From positions 1 through 59,128 of the IMG/VR virus record IMGVR_UViG_3300048554_000481: 59,128 nucleotides of DNA; one strand, given 5' to 3'. Both the position numbers and the translations under genes were made by a program. This DNA comes from a virus. Taxonomy: Duplodnaviria > Caudoviricetes. This document shows positions 39,592 to 48,172 of this stretch, piece after piece (within the stretch, counting starts at the first letter, position 1; each line of letters opens with the position of its first letter). The notes below the pieces were generated by a model. The model saw only the letters and a program-made list of their open reading frames with translations, was not told the DNA's origin and did not search any database.

Positions 39592-39847
39592 TAACGTTTT
39601 CTCAATACACCGTCGACTTTTATAAATGCGCCTTCCGGGCTATGAACAGCGGCTAACAATTCATCCCACTGCTTATGACTTATTCTAATATTTTGTTCTT
39701 CATCCATAATACTGCAATATTGTGAGATAAAAACGCCCTCGTCTTCTAGTTCAACTTTGAGATCTTCTTCTACACCTGTGTCGTCTAGTACTACTATTTC
39801 TATAACATCATCTTCAAATTCAACTGTATACATTTACATTTCCTAAT

Positions 39848-39922
39848 TGGCACCGGTTGGAGGAATCGAACCCCCGCCTTCAGTTTTGGAGACTGCCGTG
39901 CTACCACTAACACCAAACCGAT
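39848..39922 (-). tRNA. trnW: tRNA-Trp (CCA)
   Basis: Cloverleaf: ATCGGTT/AACCGGT acceptor, CTCCAAA anticodon loop, GGGGG-TTCGATT-CCTCC T-arm, encoded CCA. Confidence 0.92.
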
Positions 39923-40485
39923 TAAAAATTTAAATAGCTAGCAGTTTTTAATGTAGCTACTTTTTCAACTCCAGAGTCCCATTGATGAACAGGAGCCGTG
40001 TCCCACATCAATTCTCTACTATAAGGCAATATATTCCACATACTTAAACCATCTGTTCTACTACCTAACAATTCGCCTTCTAACTGTCCTGGTCCCCATG
40101 TACAATTACCTATCATAACTCTCCAATAGTTTGGAAACTCGTTATTGTTAAGCATCTGTATCATCTTCTTATCTCTAGTCATACACAAGTTATCATTTAA
40201 CTGAATAGTACTGTCTACTATTTGTACCTCAGAACTGTGTAGAACATATACCTGTGTCACATTTACAGGACCTCCGTAGTATATTGGACATACAACTCCT
40301 AATTGAATACTCTTTCTTAACTTTACTGCTACTCTCTGTTCCAGCTCTTTGTTTACTATCCAACCTTTAGCACCATCACCGTTTTGTTCGTGAATGTAAA
40401 CTACACTGCTACGAAAGTTTGTGTCGTGCATACTAGGTAAACTTAATAAAAAATTGTCATTAGCATTAAGTTCTGGGTTTTCCAA
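39922..40485 (-). CDS. YqgE/AlgH (DUF179) family protein
   Basis: LLSLPSM.D.NF..SVVYI, YYGGPV, WGPGQLEGE. Confidence 0.85.
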   Translation of the reverse strand: MENPELNANDNFLLSLPSMHDTNFRSSVVYIHEQNGDGAKGWIVNKELEQRVAVKLRKSIQLGVVCPIYYGGPVNVTQVYVLHSSEVQIVDSTIQLNDNLCMTRDKKMIQMLNNNEFPNYWRVMIGNCTWGPGQLEGELLGSRTDGLSMWNILPYSRELMWDTAPVHQWDSGVEKVATLKTASYLNF

Positions 40486-40731
40486 AGTCTCTATCCATAT
40501 CTATTTCTGACATTCTAACTAAGTCTGCCAGATATTTTATATCATCTACTAGTGCTTGGCATTTATGTTTATCATAACCGCCCGTTGTCTTATACCGCTC
40601 TCTATGTAATTCAAGAGCTCTTGAATGCAATACTTCTATCTTACGATAATAATCTTCTACACTGTGCATTGATCTAACCTATTTACTTTTTGTATTATAC
40701 ACATATTTAACCTGTTTGTCAATAAATAGTA

Positions 40732-41208
40732 TTGGAGAAAGACATGGACGCAGAAATAATGAGTGCCGGAGGTGTAGGCTTAGAAATCACCAACTTATTA
40801 ATGCCTTTTGTAAGTGCATTAATGTTATTAGTAATCACACTATGGTTCAAAGACTTTGCTACTAAGATAGCAAAAGGTATGGCTTTTAAAATGAACAAAA
40901 GTTTTAACGAAGGCGATAACGTAATACTCGACGGCTCAGATGCACTAATTGTAAAAATAGGATTAAGTGAAACTGTATTTGGTGTATACAGCGACAAGGG
41001 ATATACTTGGCGCTTTGTACCTAATGAGCGTATTCCCATGTTGAAACTAGAAAAAGTTATTAACAAAGATCTCCACCTAGATACTGAAGCTGAGAAAGCA
41101 GAGAAACTACAAGCGATGATTGATCGTACTCAAGATTCTCAAATCGGTGCAAACAGAAATGCTATTGAGGAGATCAAAAATGGCGTCAAACGACCTACAA
41201 AAGTTTAG
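40732..41208 (+). CDS. MscS-like small membrane protein
   Basis: TM helix then FNEGDNVILDG..IVKIGL..VPNERI. Confidence 0.6.
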   Translation: MEKDMDAEIMSAGGVGLEITNLLMPFVSALMLLVITLWFKDFATKIAKGMAFKMNKSFNEGDNVILDGSDALIVKIGLSETVFGVYSDKGYTWRFVPNERIPMLKLEKVINKDLHLDTEAEKAEKLQAMIDRTQDSQIGANRNAIEEIKNGVKRPTKV

Positions 41209-41959
41209 TTATGCTAGTGCATTACATTTCGCTGAACTAGCTAATCTTGCATACCAAGAAGAAAAACAATTTAAAAAAACTGCCTCTGCTATGGGATATA
41301 AGAGTGTCAAATACTTTGATGTAGACGGTGCCCAAGCATATGGTATGGCAAAAGAAGATTACATAGTGTTGGCATTTAGGGGTACGGAACCAACACAGTT
41401 CAACGATATAAAAGCAGACTTAAACGCACTACATGTACGCAACGAATTAGGAGCAGGTCGTGTACACAAAGGCTTTAAACGTGAAGTAGATGATATTTGG
41501 GAACAGATAGAAACTTGGTTAGCAAAACGCAAATACACACAAGCATATACTTGTGGACACAGTTTAGGTGGTGCTATGAGTACTATTGCATGTAGTAGAT
41601 TAGAAGAAGGTTCTATTTGTTATAGCTTTGGTTCACCAAGAGTTGGAACACCAGGTTGGGTTAGAGAGTTTGATAATAAATTTATACTACATAGATTTGT
41701 AAACAATAATGACATAGTGCCAAGAGTTCCATTTGCTATTATGTGGTATAAACATGCAGGGCATCTTAACTATATCAATACTTACGGCAACATCAGAAGT
41801 GCTACACTATGGCAAAGATTTAAAGATAGATTTAGAGGTTATCGGAGTGCATGGAAGAAACGCATGTGGTTTGATAGCATTTATGATCATTCAATGCCTA
41901 AGTATGTTAAACGTATTCATGATTTTGCTTACTATGATGACAAAATGAAATCCAAATAA
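41180..41959 (+). CDS. Class 3 lipase-like alpha/beta hydrolase
   Basis: LAFRGTE, VHKGF, GHSLGGA, FGSPRVG, NDIVPRVP, DHSM. Confidence 0.88.
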   Translation: MASNDLQKFSYASALHFAELANLAYQEEKQFKKTASAMGYKSVKYFDVDGAQAYGMAKEDYIVLAFRGTEPTQFNDIKADLNALHVRNELGAGRVHKGFKREVDDIWEQIETWLAKRKYTQAYTCGHSLGGAMSTIACSRLEEGSICYSFGSPRVGTPGWVREFDNKFILHRFVNNNDIVPRVPFAIMWYKHAGHLNYINTYGNIRSATLWQRFKDRFRGYRSAWKKRMWFDSIYDHSMPKYVKRIHDFAYYDDKMKSK

Positions 41960-42058
41960 TTAACTATAAACCTAAACTCCACATCCATATAGGTATAATT
42001 ATAAAATGTAAAAGCAAACAGATACCAAGCATTAGGTAAACTGTTCGCTTTTGTGGGT

Positions 42059-42274
42059 TCATTTGTTTACATTCAAGTTGCTTGGATTGTACTGCTCACC
42101 GTTATACTGTGAACCTGTTTTACCAGCGTCAGTTTCAACTCCAAAGTTACAACTAGCCACTGCTAATAAAAAAGCAAGAGAAGCATAAACTCCATACTTA
42201 CTGTATTTTATAAATGCTCCAAATGTACGTTCTGCTTCTTCCTGTGCGGCTTGCCTTACGTCTAACTCCCCCAT
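42059..42274 (-). CDS. aa3-type cytochrome c oxidase subunit IV-like protein
   Basis: MGELDV..AERTFGAFIK plus one TM, resembling Paracoccus/Rhodobacter subunit IV. Confidence 0.55.
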   Translation of the reverse strand: MGELDVRQAAQEEAERTFGAFIKYSKYGVYASLAFLLAVASCNFGVETDAGKTGSQYNGEQYNPSNLNVNK

Positions 42275-42610
42275 CCAGCAAACTCCTCTTTGTTTTGCAT
42301 TCTGACGTGACGAGTAGGCAAATAGTTTTCTGTAGGGCCTAAACACTCCCAACCTGTTTCAGCTAACCATTCCACTAACTGAGTTTTACTACCAAACCTC
42401 ATTGATGAAGTTTCTCCTGTTCGTGCATTGAGTATTGTATAATTCATCCGTTTGCTCCAAAACAAGGTAACAATGGAGTCATGTTACAATAACGTGCATA
42501 GTCTTCCGGCCCTACCATTGCATAAGTTGTAGCAATTGGTACTCCTGCCATTACGAATAGAATTATAAGAAAGGCCCAGCCTAGTCCTTTAGTTGTACAA
42601 TAGTTTTCAC

Positions 42611-43015
42611 TCATGTGCGATTTCCTCTTAGTGCAAAAAATAATCCACCTACCCATAACAGTACATGGAAGTTATCGTATAGTATGACATCCCAAAAACT
42701 TTCTGGTTGACCTACCCAAATAACACCTGTCATAATACTACAAATTGTAATACCACAAAAACGTGTTAGTACATCACCATAGTCTCTGAGCCATGCCCAA
42801 CTTGCTAATAGACCAGCCACAAGTAAACCTACGCCTGCTCCTAATTCTCCATATGCAACAACCCACCATACCAAGTATGGAAGTTCAAATGATTCAGCAT
42901 CTTCTAGTGTTACTGGAAATTTACTCAAACCCTGTTGTATGAACACAATAGCCAGCGGTATTCGCAGTAGCCAATGGCTCATACAGAACTCAGGTATACG
43001 CTTTACAAAACTCAT
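42611..43015 (-). CDS. DoxX-family membrane protein
   Basis: LLRIPLAIVFIQQGLSK..VAYGELGAG. Confidence 0.75.
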   Translation of the reverse strand: MSFVKRIPEFCMSHWLLRIPLAIVFIQQGLSKFPVTLEDAESFELPYLVWWVVAYGELGAGVGLLVAGLLASWAWLRDYGDVLTRFCGITICSIMTGVIWVGQPESFWDVILYDNFHVLLWVGGLFFALRGNRT

Positions 43016-43437
43016 AGATCAGCTAACAATGCCTTTAGTTTTTTCTTGCTTTTGCCACGCACTTTAGCTTTGGATATATCGTTATCACCATCACCCACAA
43101 CTACAAGAGCAATCATACCCATTGAAGCATGTGGTGTACACTGATATAGATATACGCCTGGTGTATCAAATGTAATAGCAACTTCTTTACCATTCTTTGA
43201 TTTCTTGGGTGCATCCCATCCATCTGGACCTGCAATGAATTCTACATTGTGACCTTTTGAAGTTGGTACCCAAGTAATTGTATCGCCTACGTCAATACGA
43301 GCAATGTCTTCTGAGTAAACCATTTTGGCTCCGTCATCACGCTTGTTTAACATATCGATAGTTAAGTCTTCTCCAAATGCTGGAGTTAATGCAAACACTG
43401 CAAAAAACAGTGTGAGATATGATGTCAATACTTTCAT
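43012..43437 (-). CDS. Pseudoazurin (type-1 copper protein)
   Basis: Signal peptide; KGHNVE; YQCTPHASMGM. Confidence 0.9.
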   Translation of the reverse strand: MKVLTSYLTLFFAVFALTPAFGEDLTIDMLNKRDDGAKMVYSEDIARIDVGDTITWVPTSKGHNVEFIAGPDGWDAPKKSKNGKEVAITFDTPGVYLYQCTPHASMGMIALVVVGDGDNDISKAKVRGKSKKKLKALLADL

Positions 43438-43524
43438 TTAAGTTTCCCTTTTAATATGTTTGTATAATACTATATAGTACAGGTTGACCCGAAAATCAAC
43501 CTGTATTTGCACTTTATAAGTGTG

Positions 43525-43584
43525 TTATTTTGTAGCAGGCTTAGGGTTTAAAAAGTCTGCTTCTTCATCTGTATAGGGCCACAT
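43525..43584 (-). CDS. 19-aa peptide MWPYTDEEADFLNPKPATK
   Basis: TAATG-coupled to the upstream ORF; AGGA SD. Confidence 0.5.
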   Translation of the reverse strand: MWPYTDEEADFLNPKPATK

Positions 43585-43628
43585 TATTTTCCTACCCTTT
43601 TTCTATATGAATGATCTGGATCTAACAT
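43584..43628 (-). CDS. 14-aa peptide MLDPDHSYRKRVGK
   Basis: TAATG overlaps at both ends. Confidence 0.45.
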   Translation of the reverse strand: MLDPDHSYRKRVGK

Positions 43629-43816
43629 TATTTTTCGCCTCTGATTTCTTTAACTTCCATCATTAACTTTCTTGCTTCTTTGTGCATACCCATTCTAGTT
43701 AATTCTGCCGCGGCTCTTGATCTACCCGCAACTTCAAAAAATGTTCTAAATCCATTTAAGAAGTTCATTAGTAAGTCTCCTGTAGTTGCTGTGTATTCCA
43801 TTAGTAGTGTAGTCAT
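43628..43816 (-). CDS. 62-aa small protein
   Basis: GRSRAAAELTRMG motif; TAATG-coupled. Confidence 0.6.
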   Translation of the reverse strand: MTTLLMEYTATTGDLLMNFLNGFRTFFEVAGRSRAAAELTRMGMHKEARKLMMEVKEIRGEK

Positions 43817-44082
43817 TACACCCATCCTCTCAAGTTATCGTTAGCTTGTGTTTTAGTGTTCATTCCGTCTCTTCTCCAGTTACCTCTTGCAATACTTTCG
43901 ATATCACTACGACCAATTCCTAAGTCTTTTAGTTCATAGTCTGTAAGTTGTGAAAGTTCGTTTCTTGTTTGTCTAACCAGTTGTCTGTGTCTTGCTTTTG
44001 CTTTCATATCATGTACAAGTTCAAATAGTCCTTGAAATGCTTCTGAAAAAATGTTACCTACTGTTAAAATTGCTTGTGTCAT
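43816..44082 (-). CDS. DUF1127 (YjiS-like) small protein
   Basis: RQTRNELSQLTDYELKDLGIGRSDI. Confidence 0.88.
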   Translation of the reverse strand: MTQAILTVGNIFSEAFQGLFELVHDMKAKARHRQLVRQTRNELSQLTDYELKDLGIGRSDIESIARGNWRRDGMNTKTQANDNLRGWV

Positions 44083-44249
44083 TAGTTGTGTACTCCCATT
44101 CTTGGGCCTTTGCCCGTTGCTTTAATATGTTCATATGCGAATTTCCAATCTTTCCCATATTCTGTTCTTGCCCATGTGTGTATGTCGTTATCTTTGAGTG
44201 TCTTACGCTCAAACATGCTCACAAGGCTTCCTAATAGCTTTCTTGCCAT
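44082..44249 (-). CDS. 55-aa small protein, first gene of the DUF1127 operon
   Basis: AAGGAG SD; MARKLLGSLVSMF..WARTEYGKDWKFAY; TAATG overlap. Confidence 0.7.
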   Translation of the reverse strand: MARKLLGSLVSMFERKTLKDNDIHTWARTEYGKDWKFAYEHIKATGKGPRMGVHN

Positions 44250-44271
44250 TTTAGTCTCCTTTAAGTTTTAT

Positions 44272-44360
44272 GATGCTTGAGGGAAGCAATACCCCGGTCT
44301 GTTTCCGGCGTCACTTGTCTTTCCAAGTGCCACTCATTTTTTCTGAGCTGAGGTCGCTCG
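44272..44360 (-). ncRNA. Candidate structured leader RNA (multi-hairpin junction)
   Basis: GC-rich island with helices GCUCA/UGAGU, CACUUG/CAAGUG, CCGG/CCGG and UGCUU-CCCUC-AAGCA. Confidence 0.65.
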
Positions 44361-44475
44361 TAACATAAACACAGTTGTATTTTTATTACAACTATATTTA
44401 TATTATAGTACAGTCATTCTGTCCTATTTACTACTGCTTATGCAGTATACTCGTCATGCACTGAGTGCATAGCTT

Positions 44476-45531
44476 TTATTTACGGGTTGGATTTGGTTGG
44501 AAAAATACTTCCGGTGCTTGTGATGGTATCAAACTAGGAATGCCCGAATACAATGCACCTGACTTTCTAAGTTGATTTAAATTTTTACCATTAGAGCAAG
44601 TAATCATTGATGCGGCACCAATAGCTAAACTACACATTATTTCCCATTGACCGCCCATGTCTGGATTAGCTTTATACCAATCAAAATTAGCGGCAATATA
44701 TGCATCTAATACTGCATCAGGATTTGCATTAGGATTATCAAATGCTTGTACAATAGGACCTGCCATCTTATCAAATACTTGACCAAATATTGCATCACCT
44801 ACTGCTTTTCTTCTGCCTTGTCCGAATTCTATTTTGTTACACATATCAACAAACAATTTAAGATTCATAGTTTTCTTGCCACTGCCAAAGTAACCTTCTA
44901 GTGGTTGTTGAAATTCTGGGAACTTATTGAGTACAGCTAATACTCTTTCTTTGCTTACTCCGCCTTCACCCATTCGACCACTACCAGCTCCAACTTTAGC
45001 ACTGCTGGCAACTTTAAGTTCAACTGCTTTTCCCATTACATCGATATCACCTGTGCCTTTTTGCGAAATATCAGTACTAAGTATTGCTAGTGCATGTTCG
45101 CCTTTACCTGCACGTTGTTGTCCTGCTCCGAAGTCCATAAACTCCAAAAACATTTGTTCTACAAGCGGTCCGTTAAATATATCACTAATACTGTAATGTC
45201 CATCAGTTAAAAATGTACGAGTATTAACACATTTATTTGCTTGTAGTAAATCTAAGAACTCATTCTTTTGTTGTATATTAAGTCTATCACTAGCAACAAT
45301 CTTTTCAGCTATTGTTTTAATAGCGGCATCATTATATTCGCCTTGTAGTTTACTACTTACTACAGGTAAAAATCTATCAACTACACCGTTCTTTTGAACA
45401 ATGCTGTAGACTCTGTCAATTAGCTTTGCTTGTTCTTCGTCATTAGGATCGTAACTACCAACAGTTGCTAAGATTTCCTGTTTGGCTTGATTCGGATCTT
45501 CATACTCATTTAAAAATTGTGTTGCTCTCAT
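44476..45531 (-). CDS. Late protein with possible PD-(D/E)xK-like domain
   Basis: GKGEHALAIL..GDIDVMGKAVELK; ATAAATA immediately upstream. Confidence 0.55.
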   Translation of the reverse strand: MRATQFLNEYEDPNQAKQEILATVGSYDPNDEEQAKLIDRVYSIVQKNGVVDRFLPVVSSKLQGEYNDAAIKTIAEKIVASDRLNIQQKNEFLDLLQANKCVNTRTFLTDGHYSISDIFNGPLVEQMFLEFMDFGAGQQRAGKGEHALAILSTDISQKGTGDIDVMGKAVELKVASSAKVGAGSGRMGEGGVSKERVLAVLNKFPEFQQPLEGYFGSGKKTMNLKLFVDMCNKIEFGQGRRKAVGDAIFGQVFDKMAGPIVQAFDNPNANPDAVLDAYIAANFDWYKANPDMGGQWEIMCSLAIGAASMITCSNGKNLNQLRKSGALYSGIPSLIPSQAPEVFFQPNPTRK

Positions 45532-45542
45532 GTAATTATTTA

Positions 45543-46670
45543 TCAGTTACCTGTGGTGGTCGCTTCGTAGGTTTTGTTGAACTGATTGTTTACTTTGATA
45601 AATGTTGTACACTTGGCTAATTGTTTTAGTTTAATAGCACCCACATATGTGAGTGTACTGCGAACACCTCCTAGTACGTCTTGGAGTGTTACTGCAACAG
45701 GACCTCTGTAAGGAACAAGTACTGTACGTCCTTCACTGCTACGATAGTCTTTGAGCCCATCAAAATGTTTGTCATTTGCAGTTGTACTACTCATACCATA
45801 GAACTGTACAAACTGTTTCTCTTCAAATACTCTACTACCAGCACGGTCACATTCATTTGTCATATACTTTTTAGTAATTACTTCGCCGCCACCTTCATCG
45901 TGTCCGGCAAGCATACCACCCAGCATTACAAAATCGGCGCCGCCAGCGAAAGCCTTAGCCACATCACCAGGACAAGTACAGCCACCGTCAGCGATAATAT
46001 GTCCGCCAAGTCCATGCGCCGCATCGGCGCACTCAATAACTGCACTAAGTTGGGGATAGCCCACCCCAGTTTGTATGCGAGTCGTACAAACCGACCCTGG
46101 TCCAATTCCGACTTTGACGATGTCTGCTCCATTTAGTATTAACTCCTGTGTTTGATCTGCGGTAACTACATTACCTGCAATAATTACCAAGTTAGGATAA
46201 TTTTGTCTAAAGTCTCTAACATATTCAATAAAACGTTGACTGTATCCATTTGCAACATCAATACAAACATACTTTAGTTTATCGCCTACTTGTTCGTATA
46301 CATTTCTAAACTTTTGTTCATCTTCTTCTTTTACACCAATACTCATAGCTACATGTTCTTTACGCCAAGCGGGTGCATCCTGTTTATCAAAATAATCTAC
46401 TAGTTCGCCTACACTATATGTTTTAACTAAGCAAGTGAAAATACTTTTCTCACCTAGTGTGTCAGCCATTTCGAATGTACCAACACCATCCATGTTGCTA
46501 GCCATAATCGGAATGCCTTCATAATGGCAATCATCTTTTAAAGGAATATTGTAATGTCTAAATTCAAATTTGCGGTCCATCCGCACTTGTTTACGACTAC
46601 CTAGTGTGCTTCGCTTGGGTCTAATCAAGACATCACTGTAGTCAAGTTTAACTTCGTCTTCTATTCTCAT
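45543..46670 (-). CDS. guaC: GMP reductase
   Basis: KLDYSDVLIRPKRSTL.SR, DVANGYS, GIGPGSVCTTR, IIADGGC, SEG. Confidence 0.93.
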   Translation of the reverse strand: MRIEDEVKLDYSDVLIRPKRSTLGSRKQVRMDRKFEFRHYNIPLKDDCHYEGIPIMASNMDGVGTFEMADTLGEKSIFTCLVKTYSVGELVDYFDKQDAPAWRKEHVAMSIGVKEEDEQKFRNVYEQVGDKLKYVCIDVANGYSQRFIEYVRDFRQNYPNLVIIAGNVVTADQTQELILNGADIVKVGIGPGSVCTTRIQTGVGYPQLSAVIECADAAHGLGGHIIADGGCTCPGDVAKAFAGGADFVMLGGMLAGHDEGGGEVITKKYMTNECDRAGSRVFEEKQFVQFYGMSSTTANDKHFDGLKDYRSSEGRTVLVPYRGPVAVTLQDVLGGVRSTLTYVGAIKLKQLAKCTTFIKVNNQFNKTYEATTTGN

Positions 46671-46686
46671 TGGAACCTCTATATGT

Positions 46687-46989
46687 TTATAGTTCTTCTA
46701 AATCTAAAGCCAGTGGGTACCCCGCACTGCGACTTATTGAAACGCTTTCAGCTATTTTTTGTTCTGCTATTTCGTAATAATATACACCAGCGACACCTTT
46801 ACCGTCGTTGTGTATTTTTAATGTAATTTCACTTGAAGTATCTTGAGTATGTCCAAAGATAGTAATTAACAGTTCTATCACAAATTCCATTGGTGTACTG
46901 TCATCATTATATAGAATGACGCTATACTTCTTTGGCTTTGCCACATCAAGTCGTTCAGTTGATTCGATATCTGTTTCAGTTGCTTCCAT
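46687..46989 (-). CDS. clpS: ClpS adaptor
   Basis: YSVILYNDDSTPMEFV..IHNDGKGVAG..AEQK..YPL. Confidence 0.92.
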   Translation of the reverse strand: MEATETDIESTERLDVAKPKKYSVILYNDDSTPMEFVIELLITIFGHTQDTSSEITLKIHNDGKGVAGVYYYEIAEQKIAESVSISRSAGYPLALDLEEL

Positions 46990-47009
46990 AGTAGTATTTA
47001 CCCAAATAA

Positions 47010-47032
47010 GAGGGGGGAATTATCCCCCCACT
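47010..47032 (-). terminator. Intrinsic terminator-like hairpin after hsp20
   Basis: GGGGG(G)-loop-CCCCCC followed by UCUUAUUU on the minus strand. Confidence 0.65.
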
Positions 47033-47036
47033 ATTG

Positions 47037-47471
47037 TTATTTGATAGCGATTGTTTTAGGTTTCTTTTCCTCTGGAATGATTCGCTCTAGTTCAATATAA
47101 AGCATACCGTTTTCCATTCTAGAACCTTGCACTACAATATCGTCTGTAAGTGTGAAGTTACGTTTGAAAGTTCTTTGGGCAATGCCTTTGTGTAGCCATT
47201 CCCATCCTTTAGGCTCTACTTCGCCTTCTGGTTTGTGTTCAATAGTAAGTACACCTTCCGCGACTGTGATAGTCAAATCCTCTTTTGCAACGCCTGCTAG
47301 GGCAATCTCAATTTGGAATTTTTCACCGTCTTTTACAATGTTGTAGGGAGGGTATCCGCCTGTGCTATTTTGATTGTGTTCGATGTAGTTAAACATGTTG
47401 TCAAATACTCTATCGAAGCCTACTGCATAAGGCGTTAGTTTATTAATGTCGAGGGTTGTTAATCTATTCAT
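47037..47471 (-). CDS. Small heat-shock protein Hsp20 (IbpA-like)
   Basis: GFDR, YPPYNI, IEIALAG, HKGIAQRTF, NGML, PEEKKPKTIAI. Confidence 0.93.
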   Translation of the reverse strand: MNRLTTLDINKLTPYAVGFDRVFDNMFNYIEHNQNSTGGYPPYNIVKDGEKFQIEIALAGVAKEDLTITVAEGVLTIEHKPEGEVEPKGWEWLHKGIAQRTFKRNFTLTDDIVVQGSRMENGMLYIELERIIPEEKKPKTIAIK

Positions 47472-47529
47472 TTGCTATCTCCTTTATTAAGCAAGATTAT
47501 AAATGTAGACCCATCATTGGCATCTACAT
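47472..47529 (-). promoter_or_regulatory. ROSE-like RNA thermometer in the hsp20 leader
   Basis: UCUUGCUU-AAUA-AAGGAGA (U(U/C)GCU anti-SD, bulged G) preceded by hairpin AUGUAGA../..UCUACAU. Confidence 0.65.
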
Positions 47530-47677
47530 GTTTATTTATTAAACTAGGAACTAACCATGGTTCCTAACGAGCTTATTAAGTAGCTACCCTTTCTTATCTA
47601 TGTACTTGTATTTCTTCTAACGTCTTGTTCTTATCTGTTTCGCTCTGACTGTAATCCTATTACTGTCAAGTTATTAA

Positions 47678-47886
47678 GTGATAGGAGGGACTACTGATTA
47701 CCCTCAACCCCAAGTCCAGATCAGCTCTGTGTTACCCAGGGAGCCTAGCATAGGATAGTTAGTTCCTAAATCTGCATCTTCCTGTCTCCAGGCTCATGCA
47801 GTGCCACTATAGCTACTAGCCAAGTTAATGCCTCTGTAAGCATCGTTTCCTTGCACTATCTAGTAAAGACCGCTAAATCTTTGCTA
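47678..47886 (-). ncRNA. Unidentified large structured ncRNA candidate
   Basis: ORF-free GC-enriched block with at least 7 helices and an upstream TTGAC/TATATT promoter (about 47895-47922). Confidence 0.65.
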
Positions 47887-47929
47887 TGTACTTAATATAG
47901 TATAGGTCAACCCAAAAGTCAACCTTTTT

Positions 47930-48172
47930 TTACAAATTATCTTTATTCTTTTCTTGCTCTTTGATCCAACGTTTACGAGCTTGCTGTTTTTCTCTACGTT
48001 TAATTGCACTTGGTTTTTCATAGAATTCGTGTTTACGCATGTCTTTAATCATACCTTCACTATTCATTAATTTTTTTAATCTTCTAAGTGCTCGAGTAAC
48101 ATCATTGTTGCGTACTTCAACATACAATCCATGCCTATCGTTAATATCAGAGCTTACTTTGTTTCTCTTCAT
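47930..48172 (-). CDS. rpsU: Ribosomal protein bS21
   Basis: VEVRNNDVTRALRRLKK..EFYEKPS..RR; ATGA-coupled to infC. Confidence 0.9.
   Translation of the reverse strand: MKRNKVSSDINDRHGLYVEVRNNDVTRALRRLKKLMNSEGMIKDMRKHEFYEKPSAIKRREKQQARKRWIKEQEKNKDNL

Noticed and set aside
39848-39922. Suppressor tRNA or alternative genetic code
   Set aside because: The anticodon is standard Trp CCA, and conserved genes end normally at TAA, TGA or TAG.
43478-43505. FNR box before pseudoazurin
   Set aside because: TTGAC-N6-ATCAA has the wrong spacing (FNR is N4). It is better read as a TACAGGTTGA/TCAACCTGTA hairpin or promoter.
47770-47860. Cobalamin riboswitch, RNase P or SRP identity for the large RNA
   Set aside because: Only fragmentary resemblances (GGCACUG..GGAAG, AGUGCAA). 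The conserved cores of these families are not present in order.
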